A stretch of 64,000 nt of DNA from the NCBI RefSeq assembly GCF_001194135.2, contig NC_068984.1, forward strand, positions 126,448,455-126,512,454. Direction: 5' to 3'. The position numbers and the translations under genes were made by a program. Shown in pieces: positions 39,431-52,400 of the stretch (positions are counted from its first letter, which is position 1; each line of letters opens with the position of its first letter). The notes under the pieces were generated by a model that did no database searches, was not told the DNA's origin, and saw nothing but the letters and a program-made list of their open reading frames with translations. The stretch comes from Octopus bimaculoides (lineage: Eukaryota).

Positions 39431-40132
39431 GATATTAGTAGTGACTGTAACATAGCATTGACAGATATTTTGTTGGGTTGCAGAATGGGATTTTGTTCTA
39501 CTTGCTTTCTAAAGTTACCTATGGGATACTAGCTTCCTATCCTTGAGAAGTTTTAACTCTCATGTATCAAAATATCAGATAAGCACTGGCCCTATAAATC
39601 TTTGATTTGAAACTGGATTGACTTATATATGCGGTTATATTGAAAAATTGCTGTTTCAAAAAAGATAGCAATACAGTTTTAACTGTGCTCAGAACTCTAT
39701 ATAAATCTAAGTATATCCACCCTTCAATCAACATAACTTTGCCATCCAATTTTCTTTTGGTGTTATAATCATTTTAGTAATTTACTGAGTGTATATCTGA
39801 GAGTAGAATAAAACAGGAGAGTTAGTTAAACCCTTCATTATAACATCATAAATTACATAATATTTACATGTGTTTCACTAGCATATACTAGTATGTTGTG
39901 TTGTAATCGTTACAAAGACAATTGCACAGTCACCTCAGAGGAAATAGTAATTTAATCTATTGTTAATTGCCAACCTCAGTAAAACAGAGCTGGCATTCTA
40001 AGGTGACTATGCAATCATTTATGTAACAATTGTTATATAACATACTAATATATGTTAGTGAAACATGCGTAAAGATTATGTAGTATATGAAGTTATAATA
40101 AAGAGTTTAACCAAATCTGTTTTATTTTGCTC

Positions 40133-40176
<44 letters not shown>

Positions 40177-40361
40177 ATTAGGTATAGGGATGGATATAGG
40201 TGCAGGCATGGTTATGTGGTTAATAGGCTTACTTCCTAACCACATGGTTTTGGGTTCAGTCCCACTGTATTGCACCTTGGGCAAATGTTTTTAATGATAG
40301 CATTGGACCAACTAAAGCGTTGTTAGTGGATCTGGTAGACAGAAGCTGAAAGAAATCCATC

Positions 40362-40394
<33 letters not shown>

Positions 40395-41580
40395 GATATA
40401 TTGCATGAGTGTACATGGGTGTATGTGTGTTTGTCTCCTTTTTTCTTGACATGATGCAATTGTTGTAAACAAGTGTCATCGTCATACAAACAGTCTGTAG
40501 CATTGGACCAAGGGCAGTCTCAGGTGGGTTAGTATCAAAAGGGTTAATTGCACTTCAAAACTGTTCCCTGCTTTAAGGACCACACTTCATTTTCTGAATG
40601 TTTCACATCTTTTGGAAATCTACAAAATGAACTGACAATTGTTCTAACTTTATTAATGACATCATCTATGCTTAATTTTCTTCTATGGAAAGGTCCTTCC
40701 TTTTCTATGCTTGCATGGACGAAAGATAGATTTTCTGCTCCAGCTGATAACATTCATGCAGTGAGATTGAACCCCTAACAACATGGTTCTGAAGCAAATT
40801 TCTTAACCACATTTCATGCCTCTGCATCTGTAATAATCATATCAATGCTCTCTAATATTGGCAAAGGAGAAATTCTGAGTAATGGTTATTTTGATTAAAG
40901 CAACTCCAGTAATTAGCTGGTACTTATTTTATCAACACTGGAAAGATGAAAGGGAGAGTTTAACCAAGTGGGATTTGAACTCAGAAAAGAGGTGTAACTA
41001 AATACCCCAAGGCATTTTATTTATTGTTGTACCTATTCTGCCAATCCCTGCATAATATGATAATGATGATATGATAATTTGTAACGTTAGCTCAACAGGA
41101 GACATTTTATGGCTAGAGGAGAGAGACAGAGAGGTAAGCTATTAAATCAAGCAGAGTACTTGACTGGTACTTATTCCATAATTTAATGGTATCCTGATAT
41201 TGTAAAATTCTCCCTGATATCAATATTCATTATCAATATATCACTACCTCCACCTTCACCAACACTGCCATCACCACCACCATACAACTCAACTACGACA
41301 ATATACCATCAAAGCCACCACCAGCACGATCACCATGACAGCACTCACAGCACACCACAGCATACCTTCTCCCCCCCCCCCCCACAATAGACCACAGGCA
41401 TAACAACACTCCACCGGCTCTGAAACGTTTCACTACAATAACAAGACACCACTGCCACCAACACCACTACTACCACTACCAGCTCCACCACAGCACAACA
41501 ACCTCATGATAACACACTACCGCCATCACAACCTGCTGCCAACACTACAACAATAGCAACCACAAACTGCCACCACCATC

Positions 41581-41649
41581 AGCACAACACACCACCAGCA
41601 CAACACACCACCAGCACAACACACCACCAGCACAACACACCACCAGCAC
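41581..41649 (+). repeat. 16-bp tandem repeat AGCACAACACACCACC x4+ within a CAC/CAA-rich tract (41240-41720)
   Basis: Direct reading. Confidence 0.9.
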
Positions 41650-41935
41650 TATAACACAAAGTCACCACCACCACCATTTTCACAATGTTCCTCATTGCGG
41701 GCCCACCACCACCACCACTACCACCATCATTATCATCAGAGAAAGAATAAATATATAATCTGATTATTTATCTTTGAATCAAGTTTCTCTACTCAAATTT
41801 TCCATTCTGTTTATTGTATTTCCAATTTCAGTAAGATATTGTATAGATAAACAATGAATATTATATATATGTATGTATGTGTGTGAATGGTATCATATAT
41901 ATGTTTCTAAGAATGGTATTATTCATATGTATATG

Positions 41936-42167
41936 AATAGCTTTATATATATATATATATAATAGCTTTATATATATATATATATAATAGCTTTATATAT
42001 ATATATATATAATAGCTTTATATATATATATATATAATAGCTTTATATATATGTATGTATATAATAGCTTTATATATATGTATGTATATAATAGCTTTAT
42101 ATATATATGTATGTATATATAATAGCTTTATATATATATGTGTATATATATAATAGCTTTATATATA

Positions 42168-42200
<33 letters not shown>

Positions 42201-42255
42201 GTATATAAATAGCTTTATCTATCTATATGTGTATGTGTGTTTGTGTATGAATAGC

Positions 42256-42329
<74 letters not shown>

Positions 42330-42333
42330 GCTT

Positions 42334-42340
<7 letters not shown>
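41936..42340. repeat. Minisatellite AATAGCTT+(TA)n, about 12 units
   Basis: First five units have an exact 25-bp period; later units lengthen and acquire TG, TC or CA. Confidence 0.92.
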
Positions 42341-42364
<24 letters not shown>

Positions 42365-43070
42365 ATGAATAGTTTCATACACACACACATATAAGGGGAG
42401 GGAGGGGGAGACACACGAACAGCTCTCAGGGATATTCTGATAGATATGGAACAGAGAAAGCAGTTCAATGTATATACACAGCTCTCAAGGACATAGTGAT
42501 AGATAAGCAACAAGGAATAATAGAGCACGTACTCAGTTTGGAATAAGCATTCACATTTCTATGATTAGTAAACTGATTATAACAACAGTTGTAATTGTTG
42601 TTTAGCCCTGGGTCAGCTTTGATCCCGCAAACTTTATTATCAAAGTAGTTTCAGTTGTAACCATCCCATCTCTTATTCAGACATAGCTTATCTAGGACTA
42701 TCAATAAATGTAGCTGAGAGGTAACATCTCCAGAGACTGCTCTGCATATGAATTACAATTATGGTAGGATCTTAACAAATGTAATATTGTAAGTTGAACG
42801 ACTATGATCAACTCAGATTATCTGAGTGATTAGTTGACAAAATCTTCCTCTAGGAGAGTATTTAAAAATCTAAAAATCTAGCAAGGAAGATCACTTCAAT
42901 GTGATCAGTTAATTGAAATTTTTGGACAGTGCGGTTAAGAAGCTCACCATACAGCTGCATGGTTTTGAGTTCAGTCCCACTGCATAGCAGCTTAGACAAC
43001 CGTCTTCTCTAGCACTGGACTGACTCAATGTTTTGAGAGTGAATTTGGTAGACAGAAACTGTTTGGATGC

Positions 43071-43114
<44 letters not shown>

Positions 43115-43215
43115 TTATCTATCTATCTAACCATTCATTTATCTATCTATGCAATCATGTATTTATGTGTGTATATATGTGTCTGTCTGTCTATCTATAT
43201 ATCTCTCTCTCTTCA

Positions 43216-43635
43216 CTCTTTTACTCTTTTACATGTTTCAGTCATTTGACTGCGGCCATGCTGGAGCACTGCCTTTAGTCGAATCAAATTGACCCCAGGA
43301 CTTATTCTTTGTAAGCCTAGTACTTATTCTATCGGTCTCTTTTTGCCTAACCGCTAAGCTACGGGGACATAAACACACCAGCATCGGTTGTCAAGTGATG
43401 TTGGGGGGACAACCACAGATACACAACATATACACACATACATATATATATGTATACATATATATATGTATACATATATACGACGGGCTTCTTTCAGTTT
43501 CCGTCTACCAAATCCACTCACAAGGCTTTGGTCGGCCTGAGGCTATAGTAGAAGACACTTGCCCAAGGTGCCACGCAGTGGGACTGAACCCGGAACCATG
43601 TGGTTGGTAAGCAAGCTACTTACCACACAGCCACT
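43216..43635 (-). mobile_element. SINE family A, near-intact copy
   Basis: High identity to 14463-14863, with CpGs retained. Confidence 0.92.
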
Positions 43636-43896
43636 ATCCTTTCATCTATCTGTCTGTGTGTCTGTCTTTGTGCCTGTCCCCTTCACTACTTGATAACTAG
43701 TGTTAGCTTGTCTATGTTTTTGTAACTTAGTGGTTTGGCAAAAAGGACCAATATAATAAGTACCAAACTTTAAAAAAATAGTACTGGGGTCAATTTCAAG
43801 GTGGTACCCCCCTCCCCCAGCATGGCCACAGTCCAATGACTGGAGCAAGTAAAAAAGCAAAAGATGGGTAAAAGATAATATAGATAATGCATTTCT

Positions 43897-44107
43897 TTTC
43901 TACTGTAGGCACAAGGCCTGAAATTTTGGGGGAGGGGGCCAGTCAATTAGATCGATCCCAGTATGCAACTGGTACTTAATTTATCATACCCGAAAGGATG
44001 AAAGGCAAAGTTGACCTCAGTGGAATTTGAACTCAGAATGTAAAGACAGACGAAATACCGCGAAGTATTTTGCCTGGCGTGCTAACATTTCTGCTAGCTC
44101 GCCACCT
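43897..44107 (-). mobile_element. SINE family D with an 18-bp TSD
   Basis: TATAGATAATGCATTTCT at both 43879-43896 and 44108-44125. Confidence 0.92.
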
Positions 44108-44479
44108 TATAGATAATGCATTTCTGCCGCCACGATAGCATTGACCATCAGCACCACCAAAAGGGGCATTGGTACTGGTGCCATGTAAAAATCCCTGTTG
44201 CTGGTGTCAGTTAAAATGCACTGGTGCTGGTGCCTTATAAAAAGCACTGGTAATGGTGCCACATAAAAATCACTGGTGGTGGTGCTATGTAAAAATTGCT
44301 GGTGGTGGTGCCATGTAAAAAGCCTCCTGGTCCAGTCTGTAAAGTGGTTGGCATTAGGATGGGCATCCAGCTGTTGAAATCAAGTCAAACAGACTATTGA
44401 ACCTGGTGCAGCTCCTGGCTATGCCAGTTCCTGTCGGTTCATCCAACCTATGCCAGCACGGACAGTAAATGTTGGTGTT

Positions 44480-45160
44480 GATGGAGGTGATGTGGTGTGG
44501 TGTAGTGTGGCTGGCAGTGGTGGTAGAGTTGTTGGTAGTGGTGGTAGAGTTGTTGGTAGTGGTGGTGGTTTTAGTGTTGTTGTAAATGATGATGATGATA
44601 ATGATGATGACCATACCATATCACAATAACAATGCTATTGTTATATGCCACCAATTCCACCCCCACCTCTACTACTACTGCTACTACTGCTGCTGCTATC
44701 ACTACTGCAATATTACCATCACTATGATGTAAGCTATCACCATAAGATACCACCACCACTACATCTTTTACTATGTCTTTGTGACCATCACCACCTCTAC
44801 TAATGTTACCATTACCACCACCACCACTAGTATATTACTATTCCCATTTCCTTTTACATCACTACCACTGCTATCTATACTGCTAACACCATCACCACTA
44901 ACAATTACCTCATCCATTACTACTATTTCACTACTGCCACCAACACCATCATCAACACCACCATCACTACTAACACCACCACCACCAACAACAACAACAC
45001 TACCACCACTGCCAGCCACACTACACCACACCACACCACACCACACCAACTCCATCAACACAACACTACTACCACTACTACTAATAACATCATCATCATC
45101 GTCACTGTTATATCATCACTGATACTACTGCCACTGTACTCACACCACCACCTCCACCCT
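44480..45160. repeat. Mixed trinucleotide low-complexity tract (GTG/GAT, then CAC/TAC/CAT)
   Basis: Direct reading. Confidence 0.9.
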
Positions 45161-45364
45161 AATCACCACACCTATACTGTAATTACAGATGTATTCTCAA
45201 TCAGCTATGGAGTTCTTTTATCATTGAGTAAAGCAGGATGGGGTATTGACAAGAAGCACAACTTCCTTGACAACAACAAGGAAAAGTTTTGTCAATCAAG
45301 TTACAAACCCATTGGGAAACATGTAGTGGACAGTGTGTATGCATGTGTACATATGTGTGTGGGG

Positions 45365-45500
45365 GGGGGAGAAAGAAAGAGCGGGGGAGAAAGAAAGAGC
45401 GGGGGAGAAAGAAAGAGCGGGGGAGAAAGAAAGAGCGGGGGAGAAAGAAAGAGCGGGGGAGAAAGAAAGAGCGGGGGAGAAAGAAAGAGCGGGGGAGAAA
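45365..45500 (+). repeat. Perfect 18-bp minisatellite GGGGGAGAAAGAAAGAGC x7 plus a partial unit
   Basis: Direct reading. Confidence 0.95.
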
Positions 45501-47445
45501 TAGAGAAGAGATGGTGAAATGGAGGGAATGTGTGTGACTATATGTATGCATATGTGTAAATATATGTGACTGTGTGTGTGTCACATATATTAATTTGTGT
45601 GTGTGTGTGTGTGTGTGTGAAACAAAGATGAAGAGAATGTGTATCAGTGTGTGTGTGTGTGTGCATGTTTGTTTGTGAGAGAATGATAATGTGGCTGAAG
45701 TTGAGAGAGAATGTGTGAGTTCGTGTATGCATGAGAATGGATGCATGTGGGTATGTGCATTAGTAAAATAATGGGAGCACAAGGAGAGTTGGGTGTATGT
45801 GAGTGCATATAAATGCATGTGTATGAATGCACATGCATATGTATGCATGTTGGTGCTAGCAAAAAATAGGAAGGTAATGTGTTTGTACATGCATGTACGT
45901 GTGTGCAGACATGTTCTGTGCATGTGTGTGTGTATGTGCATAACTTTGTAGGAATGCATGTGTGAGGGAGAGAAAGAAAGTGTGCATATGCATGTCTTTG
46001 TCTGAATGCATGTATGAGGGAGTGTTTGTGTGCATGTTGAGTGCAAACGTCTGTGGACATGTGTGCATGAGAGAGAGAGACAGAGACAAGCAGAGAGTAT
46101 GCATGTCTGTGTTAATGCATGCATGAGAGAGAGCATGTGTGCATATGCATGTCTTTGTGTGAATGCATGTATGTCTATGAATGTATATGAAAATATGTAT
46201 GTATGCATGTATATATAAATGTATGCATGTGTGTGTCAGAGGGAGAAAGTGAGATGTTGTATGTACACGTGGTATCTTCATGTATTAATGGCCTGAAGCA
46301 ATGATTTTTCTGCAAACTGGGAAAGGAGACATGATGCAGTTCTGCCATGTGGTCCATGATGATGGAGTTGGTGCAGACAGTGCCAGGAAAACAACAACAG
46401 AGGTGATTGTAAATTGTACACAAACATTATTGTATGGTTGCAGAGAGAGAGAGACAGAGAGACAGACTTTGTGTGCGTATAGAAGACCTTCAGAAGTGAG
46501 TGTTTTCAGAAATGGACAGAAAAGAAAGCAATTGAAGACTCTCCAAGACTCTCCAAGACTCTCCACAAACATTTACCTTCCAGGCATAATAGAGTCCCCC
46601 ACCTCTTCACTCAATCACCTTTTCTTTCAATGCATTATTTGATTTTAAATGTGTGTGTGTATACGTTTGCAAGTGTGAGTGTATAAATTATATTATGGAG
46701 GGATATTTGTAAATATGTATGGGTGGTGGTGTTGTTGTTGACACTTATAGTTATTTCCCTCTTTTAATTTTAACAACTTGTGTGTTATTGCCTGCTTTTG
46801 TCAATTTGAATACTGGTTTGTATTGCTTATTTTATTGTTAGGTTTCATATTACTATTATTGTTATTGTTGGTGTTGTTTGTTATCATCATCATCATCACT
46901 GTGATGAACCACTACAAAGATGCATGCTAGTTAATTCCAGGCAGACATTTGTTGGTTTTCTTGCAACACTCTGCCTGATTGTTTGAGAGGGTAATAGTGG
47001 ACCTTTCAACTAATATTATTAGTGCGTAATTGAATTGCTGGTGCTCCCTAGTCTGTAGTTCTTGTTTGATGCCAATGTGAAAAATCAGCATTATTTTGGT
47101 TAAGCTTTTTGTTATCATATTTCTGCTGAAATGCATTTCTTTTGTTTCAATTAATTTTGAAAATAATGAATTTTAGTAAAATAACTGTCAAGATTAAACT
47201 GGTGTTAGGAACATAAATTAACCTGAAATTTTAAAGGTAGGTTTTAGTTTAGATTACATTAAAACAAGAAGTTTATATCATAGAACCAGAGGTAATCACA
47301 GGCAGGTTGATANNNNNNNNNNNNNNNNNNNNNNNNNNNNNNNNNNNNNNNNNNNNNNNNNNNNNNNNNNNNNNNNNNNNNNNNNNNNNNNNNNNNNNNN
47401 NNNNNNNNNNNNNNNNNNNNNNNNNNNNNNNNNNNNNNNNNNNNN

Positions 47446-47481
<36 letters not shown>

Positions 47482-48438
47482 TGTGTGTGTATATATATGT
47501 GTGTGTGTGTGTGCATGTATATATGTATATGTGTGCATATATGTGTGTGTGTGTGTATATATGTATGTGTATTTATATGTGTATACTAGCCAACAGATCC
47601 TCAGAAACAATAATTACTCAATGAGTGGTACTCCACTAGCTACTCATCAGACCAGTAATACTTTAGTTAGGCCAGATCTGGCCTGTTTGAACATAAAGCA
47701 GGTTGAAAATTTTGGGCTGGTTATGGCTGGTTTAAATGCTAAAGGGTTAAGGATTAAGGCAGCTAGAAGTAGATCTGGATGCTGTGTGTGACCATAGAGT
47801 TTCATTATATTCTTAGCCTTCCACAGAGTTTGTTGGGATAACCCTTTTGACTGATGAGTCTATTGCTGGTCTTACCCGCTAACTTCTCTGTAGTTTTAAT
47901 ATGTACAGTAGAAATGCTTTGACTCAAGGAAGGTTTGAGATTCAGAGGCCAACCTCACCTTATTTAGTTCATCTGTTTATCTAAGTGGTTTGCAGCTGTG
48001 AGGTTAGTGTGATTTGTTATAGTTGGTAGTATGTCGTTAGTTACAGCTGCTAGAATTACTTATATTAAGGTTACGTAATAGTTAACTATTTTGATGCTTA
48101 TAAATTAGAATTAACAAATGTTTAACGAAAGAAGTAAGAGTCCAAGAAAACCAGTTATGGTCTGTAGATATAAAATAAAGAAAATATTAATTATCATCAG
48201 TTGTTCCTTAATGAATTGTTGAATATTCTCTTTTGTTTATATGAAAAACATATAGTACACACACACACACACATCTTTATATGTATGCATGTGTGTGTCT
48301 AATCCTGTCTTGTTTATATTAAAAGCATATAATGCATATACATGTATGTGTATGTATATATATATATGTATATCTTTATATTTATGTATGTGTACATATA
48401 TATGTATTTAAACACATGCACAACTATACAATATATAC

Positions 48439-48483
<45 letters not shown>

Positions 48484-48805
48484 CATTTGTACATCTTTCC
48501 ATTTAGAAGAATAAACTTGCTTTTCTGGTTTTATTTCAGTATGAATTAGATTGGAAATAAAAAGCAAGAATGAGTGTATATAGGCTTTCATGAGATGAAA
48601 GCTATAAAGGTGCATCATGAGAGGGAGGTGTTGATCCCAAGGTCAGCCTCAATTGAGCAGACTTTGAACAAAGATATTCTAACCATGACTTTCCTTCCTC
48701 TTTTCGTGTAGCAGGACGCATTTGGTCCAATGTGTCCTTTGTTTAAGATGGTAGCATGTTATTTGAGAAAGATATAGCTGCTATGTTTAACAGGCTGAGT
48801 TAGTA

Positions 48806-48921
48806 CCATAATCTAGTTGACATTATTTGATTTTTTAAAGATACTTTTATTTTTGGATGGAATATTGTGTTTTTTTTCTTTTCCTTTTATGCAAACTGAT
48901 GAATTTAGCCTGAACACCCTG
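48806..48921 (+). mobile_element. 3' end of the same maT-like family as 59053-59606
   Basis: Aligns with 59499-59606, including the terminus AATTTAGCCTGAACACCCTG. Confidence 0.8.
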
Positions 48922-49957
48922 TGTTTTTTCTTACCCTTTTCCAAGACATTAGGATATAATCATCATCATCATCATCATCATCATCATAGTTTAACGTCCG
49001 CTTTCCATGCTAGCATGGGTTGGACGATTTGACTGAGGACTGGTGAACCAGATGGCTACACCAGGCTCCAATCTGATTTGGCAGAGTTTCTACAGCTGGA
49101 TGCCCTTCCTAATGCCAACCACTCCGAGAGTGTGGTGGGTGCTTTTACGTGCCACCGGCACGAAGGCCAGTCAGGCGATACTGGCAATGGCCACGCTCAA
49201 AATGGTGTATTTTACGTGCCACCTACACAGGAGCCAGTCCAGTGGCACTGGCAATGATCTCGCTCGAATGTCTTTACACATGTCACTGGCACAAGTGCCA
49301 GGAAGAGAAATTTGGCTGCTATTGTCAGCATGTAGAGCAACCACATAAAGCACTGGTTTTTAACTATTTTTTACTTATGGATCCCTTTCATTCCTATCTT
49401 ACTTGATGTTTAAAAAAATCCCATTATATTTTTAGAATTAAATATTATTAGGAATTGTATAAAAAATTTGTTAAAATATTTTGTGTATTGTAAAAGTGTT
49501 ATCACCAATTTATTGCTCATAAATTTTAACGACAAAATCTTACGTGGGCCTTCAAGGGTCATATGAACCCTTGTTAAGAAACACTAACTTAGAGGATTCC
49601 TCATTGGTTTGTAATCGTTGTTGATGTAACAACTGCTGCTGCTGCTGTTGCTGCTTTTCCTATTGTCACTGATGTGGAAACTTTTGTTGTAACTGATGTG
49701 ATTTTTTCTTGTTGCTATGATGGTTTTTAGCTATAATTGTTGTGGTTATTTTTGTTGTTGTTGTTGTTGTTTGCTATGGTTCCTGTTATTTATTTGTTGT
49801 CCTTTATTGTAGCTGTTGTTGTATGAGAGAAAAATGGTCTGACAAGAGAGTGATGTTACATATGACCTTTAGATAATGAAAGGTCAAAGTGTCAAGATTT
49901 TTTTTTTTTTGGCAACAGAAGTAAACAGTAGTAGCCAAAAAAAACTGATTCAGGTTG

Positions 49958-50020
<63 letters not shown>

Positions 50021-50285
50021 ACATTTAGGAGTTGAATGCAGTACAGAAATATGGAGTGTGATGTATTTAGTTGTGTTATCGTTTACTCATCCCTCCTGTT
50101 CCCAGGTAAACATTGACTGAGCTCTTAAGATCAAAAGCTTTCCAGCCATGACTGCCCCATTTTTTTTCTTTTCATACATGTTGGGAACCTAGAACATTAT
50201 CAATAGGTTCTTTTCTAGGATAGGAGGATTTGATTTTGAGAGATATTTGGCTGCTATTTCTAGCAAATCGAACAACCATATAAAG

Positions 50286-50420
50286 CAGGCATGGGCAACC
50301 TTTATTGAGAACTGGGTTGCATGCTGCACTACTAAAGAAATTCAAGGTAATTTTTCTTTGATAGGCATGCCATTCAGAAAGTTCTGTGGACCACATGCTG
50401 CCACAGTTTGCCCATGACTG
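50286..50420. mobile_element. hAT (Charlie-like) MITE inserted in a family F repeat
   Basis: TIRs CAGGCATGGGCAA / TTGCCCATGACTG; 8-bp TSD ATATAAAG / CTATAAAG. Confidence 0.85.
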
Positions 50421-50980
50421 CTATAAAGGCTTCCTTATAAGCTCAAATGTATATATAGGTATGTTAATGGTGTAAATATTAAGTGTTTGTAAGTATCATA
50501 GATTGTGGTTGGTTTGTGTGGGAGTGTAGTTATGGAGATGTGCATGTATGTGAGTGGTATAACTATTGATGTGTGGTAGGGAAATTTAGTGATGTATGTA
50601 AGGACAAACACATACAAATCAATTCTGTATAAGAATGTACTTCTATGGGGTTATAAACCATGGAGAAAACATATAGGATGAGCAACCAAAAGTTAATGAT
50701 TTCAACCTAGTAGTACCCAATCAGCTTTGGTTTAGTCAGATTTATACATGTGGGTTTGGTAATCAGTGAATGAGATAAATTACTTTACAAATCTTACTGC
50801 ATATGAATGAATTAATTCTAAAGAGGAAACATGTGTAAAATATATGTAGCTTTTCTCTGAAACAATGTTGGTGTTATGATTTATAGAAAGAACATTTTTA
50901 ATCTGACAAAGAATTGCAATTTCATCTAAGTGGGGTCACATAAGCCTTTAAATAGTCAGCTTCCCCCATTCTCTCTCTCC

Positions 50981-51070
<90 letters not shown>

Positions 51071-51289
51071 ATGTTTGTTTTTATGGTCACTTATGATAAA
51101 AGTAATTTTACATTAGTCTGAAGGGTTACTCTATACTTTTGTAGAGTACAAATTTATTATTCTTGACAGTGGCTTAGCTGGCCAAAACTTCGAAGTCACT
51201 GTCAATAATATACTTATTTAAGAATATATATATATAATATTTTGGACTAATAAGTATAGGTATATAACTGAAGTGGACAAATAATGACA

Positions 51290-51666
51290 TGACTGCCCAA
51301 ACTCAGAATCTTTGGCGAGACACCACTTTATCTTGGGTTTCAGCTGCACAAGATCTTGATTGTGTTGAGAATGATGAAAACCTTTTGAAAACTTTGCATA
51401 GGCCTCTGAACAAGTATCGCCAAGCTTTTGGCAAACTTTGATGCAGATGCTCTGCTCAGCTTCCTCTGTCATGGTCAATGCAATGATCACACATTACACA
51501 CCTTCCTTCCAAGCACTGCTGTAAACAGCGGAAGTGAGCTAGAATGTTAAAACTAAGTGCACAATCACAGCAGTATTGAAGGTCAATCTGTGCCAAGCAG
51601 CTTCACTCTTCATGCTTTAGCTTCGTCACTATGGCAACAGTCTAGATATTTATTGATCAGACCATG
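51290..51666 (-). mobile_element. Non-autonomous mariner derivative (5' TIR plus transposase N-terminus, internal inversion)
   Basis: TA followed by CATGGTCTGATCAATAAATATC; MTEEAEQSICIKVCQKLGDTCSEAYAK resembles the mariner EQRxxIKFC N-terminus. Confidence 0.8.
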
Positions 51667-52022
51667 TATATATGTTTTCAAAAAGATTTTCCAAAATCAA
51701 AAGTAATCAATTATATTAAAAAAATCTTCAAAAAACAGTTTTGTGAAGTTGTAAATTGTGAAAGCACTTAATACAAAAACTTCCTTCAAAAAACTTGTGT
51801 CATTCTATAATTAATAATTTTTAATTTAAGAAAATCATTCCATATATATTACTTCAAATCCAGTGTATAACTGGCACTTATTTCATCAACTCTGATGGGA
51901 TGAAAGGCGAAGTCAACTTCAGCAGAATCTGAACTCAGAATGTAAAGACAGACAAAATGCTTAGTGGCATTGTGTCTGGTGTGTTAATGATTCTGCTAGA
52001 TCACTGTCTTAATAATAATAAT

Positions 52023-52339
52023 GAGAAACTTTCAAAATACAAAGGCCTGGAAACAGAGGTAACTCGAATGTGGAATCTAAAAACAGAAACAATTCCTATT
52101 ATAGTAGGCACCTTAGGTATAATAAAAAAAATATTCAGACAAATACATAACAAAAACACCAGGACTTACAAATATATATAACATACAGAAAATTGCACTA
52201 CTGGGCACTGCACACATCCTATGCAAAACACTTTCAATACAGTAACCATAAGAGCATCACAGCAAACCACAGCACATATCCAAGGCACACAGAGCTGTGC
52301 TTGGTAGTGAAGTGAAAGCACGCTATAAAAATAAAACTA

Positions 52340-52342
<3 letters not shown>
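52023..52342 (+). mobile_element. 5'-truncated Dong/R4-clade non-LTR retrotransposon in an (AAT)n tract
   Basis: EKLSKYKGLETEVTRMWNLKTETIPIIVGTLG...IQKIALLGTAHILCKTLSIQ* (one frameshift) matches the C-terminal restriction-like endonuclease region of R4/Dong; (AAT)4 upstream and about 19 units downstream. Confidence 0.85.

Positions 52343-52400
<58 letters not shown>

Noticed and set aside
41936-45500. Regularly spaced repeats as a possible CRISPR-like array
   Set aside because: No unique spacers and no cas genes; these are eukaryotic minisatellites.
45201-46208. 335-aa ORF with (PRSFFL)n and His/Thr-rich sequence
   Set aside because: It arises from a stop-poor TG/CA low-complexity tract plus the 18-bp minisatellite; no domain is recognisable.
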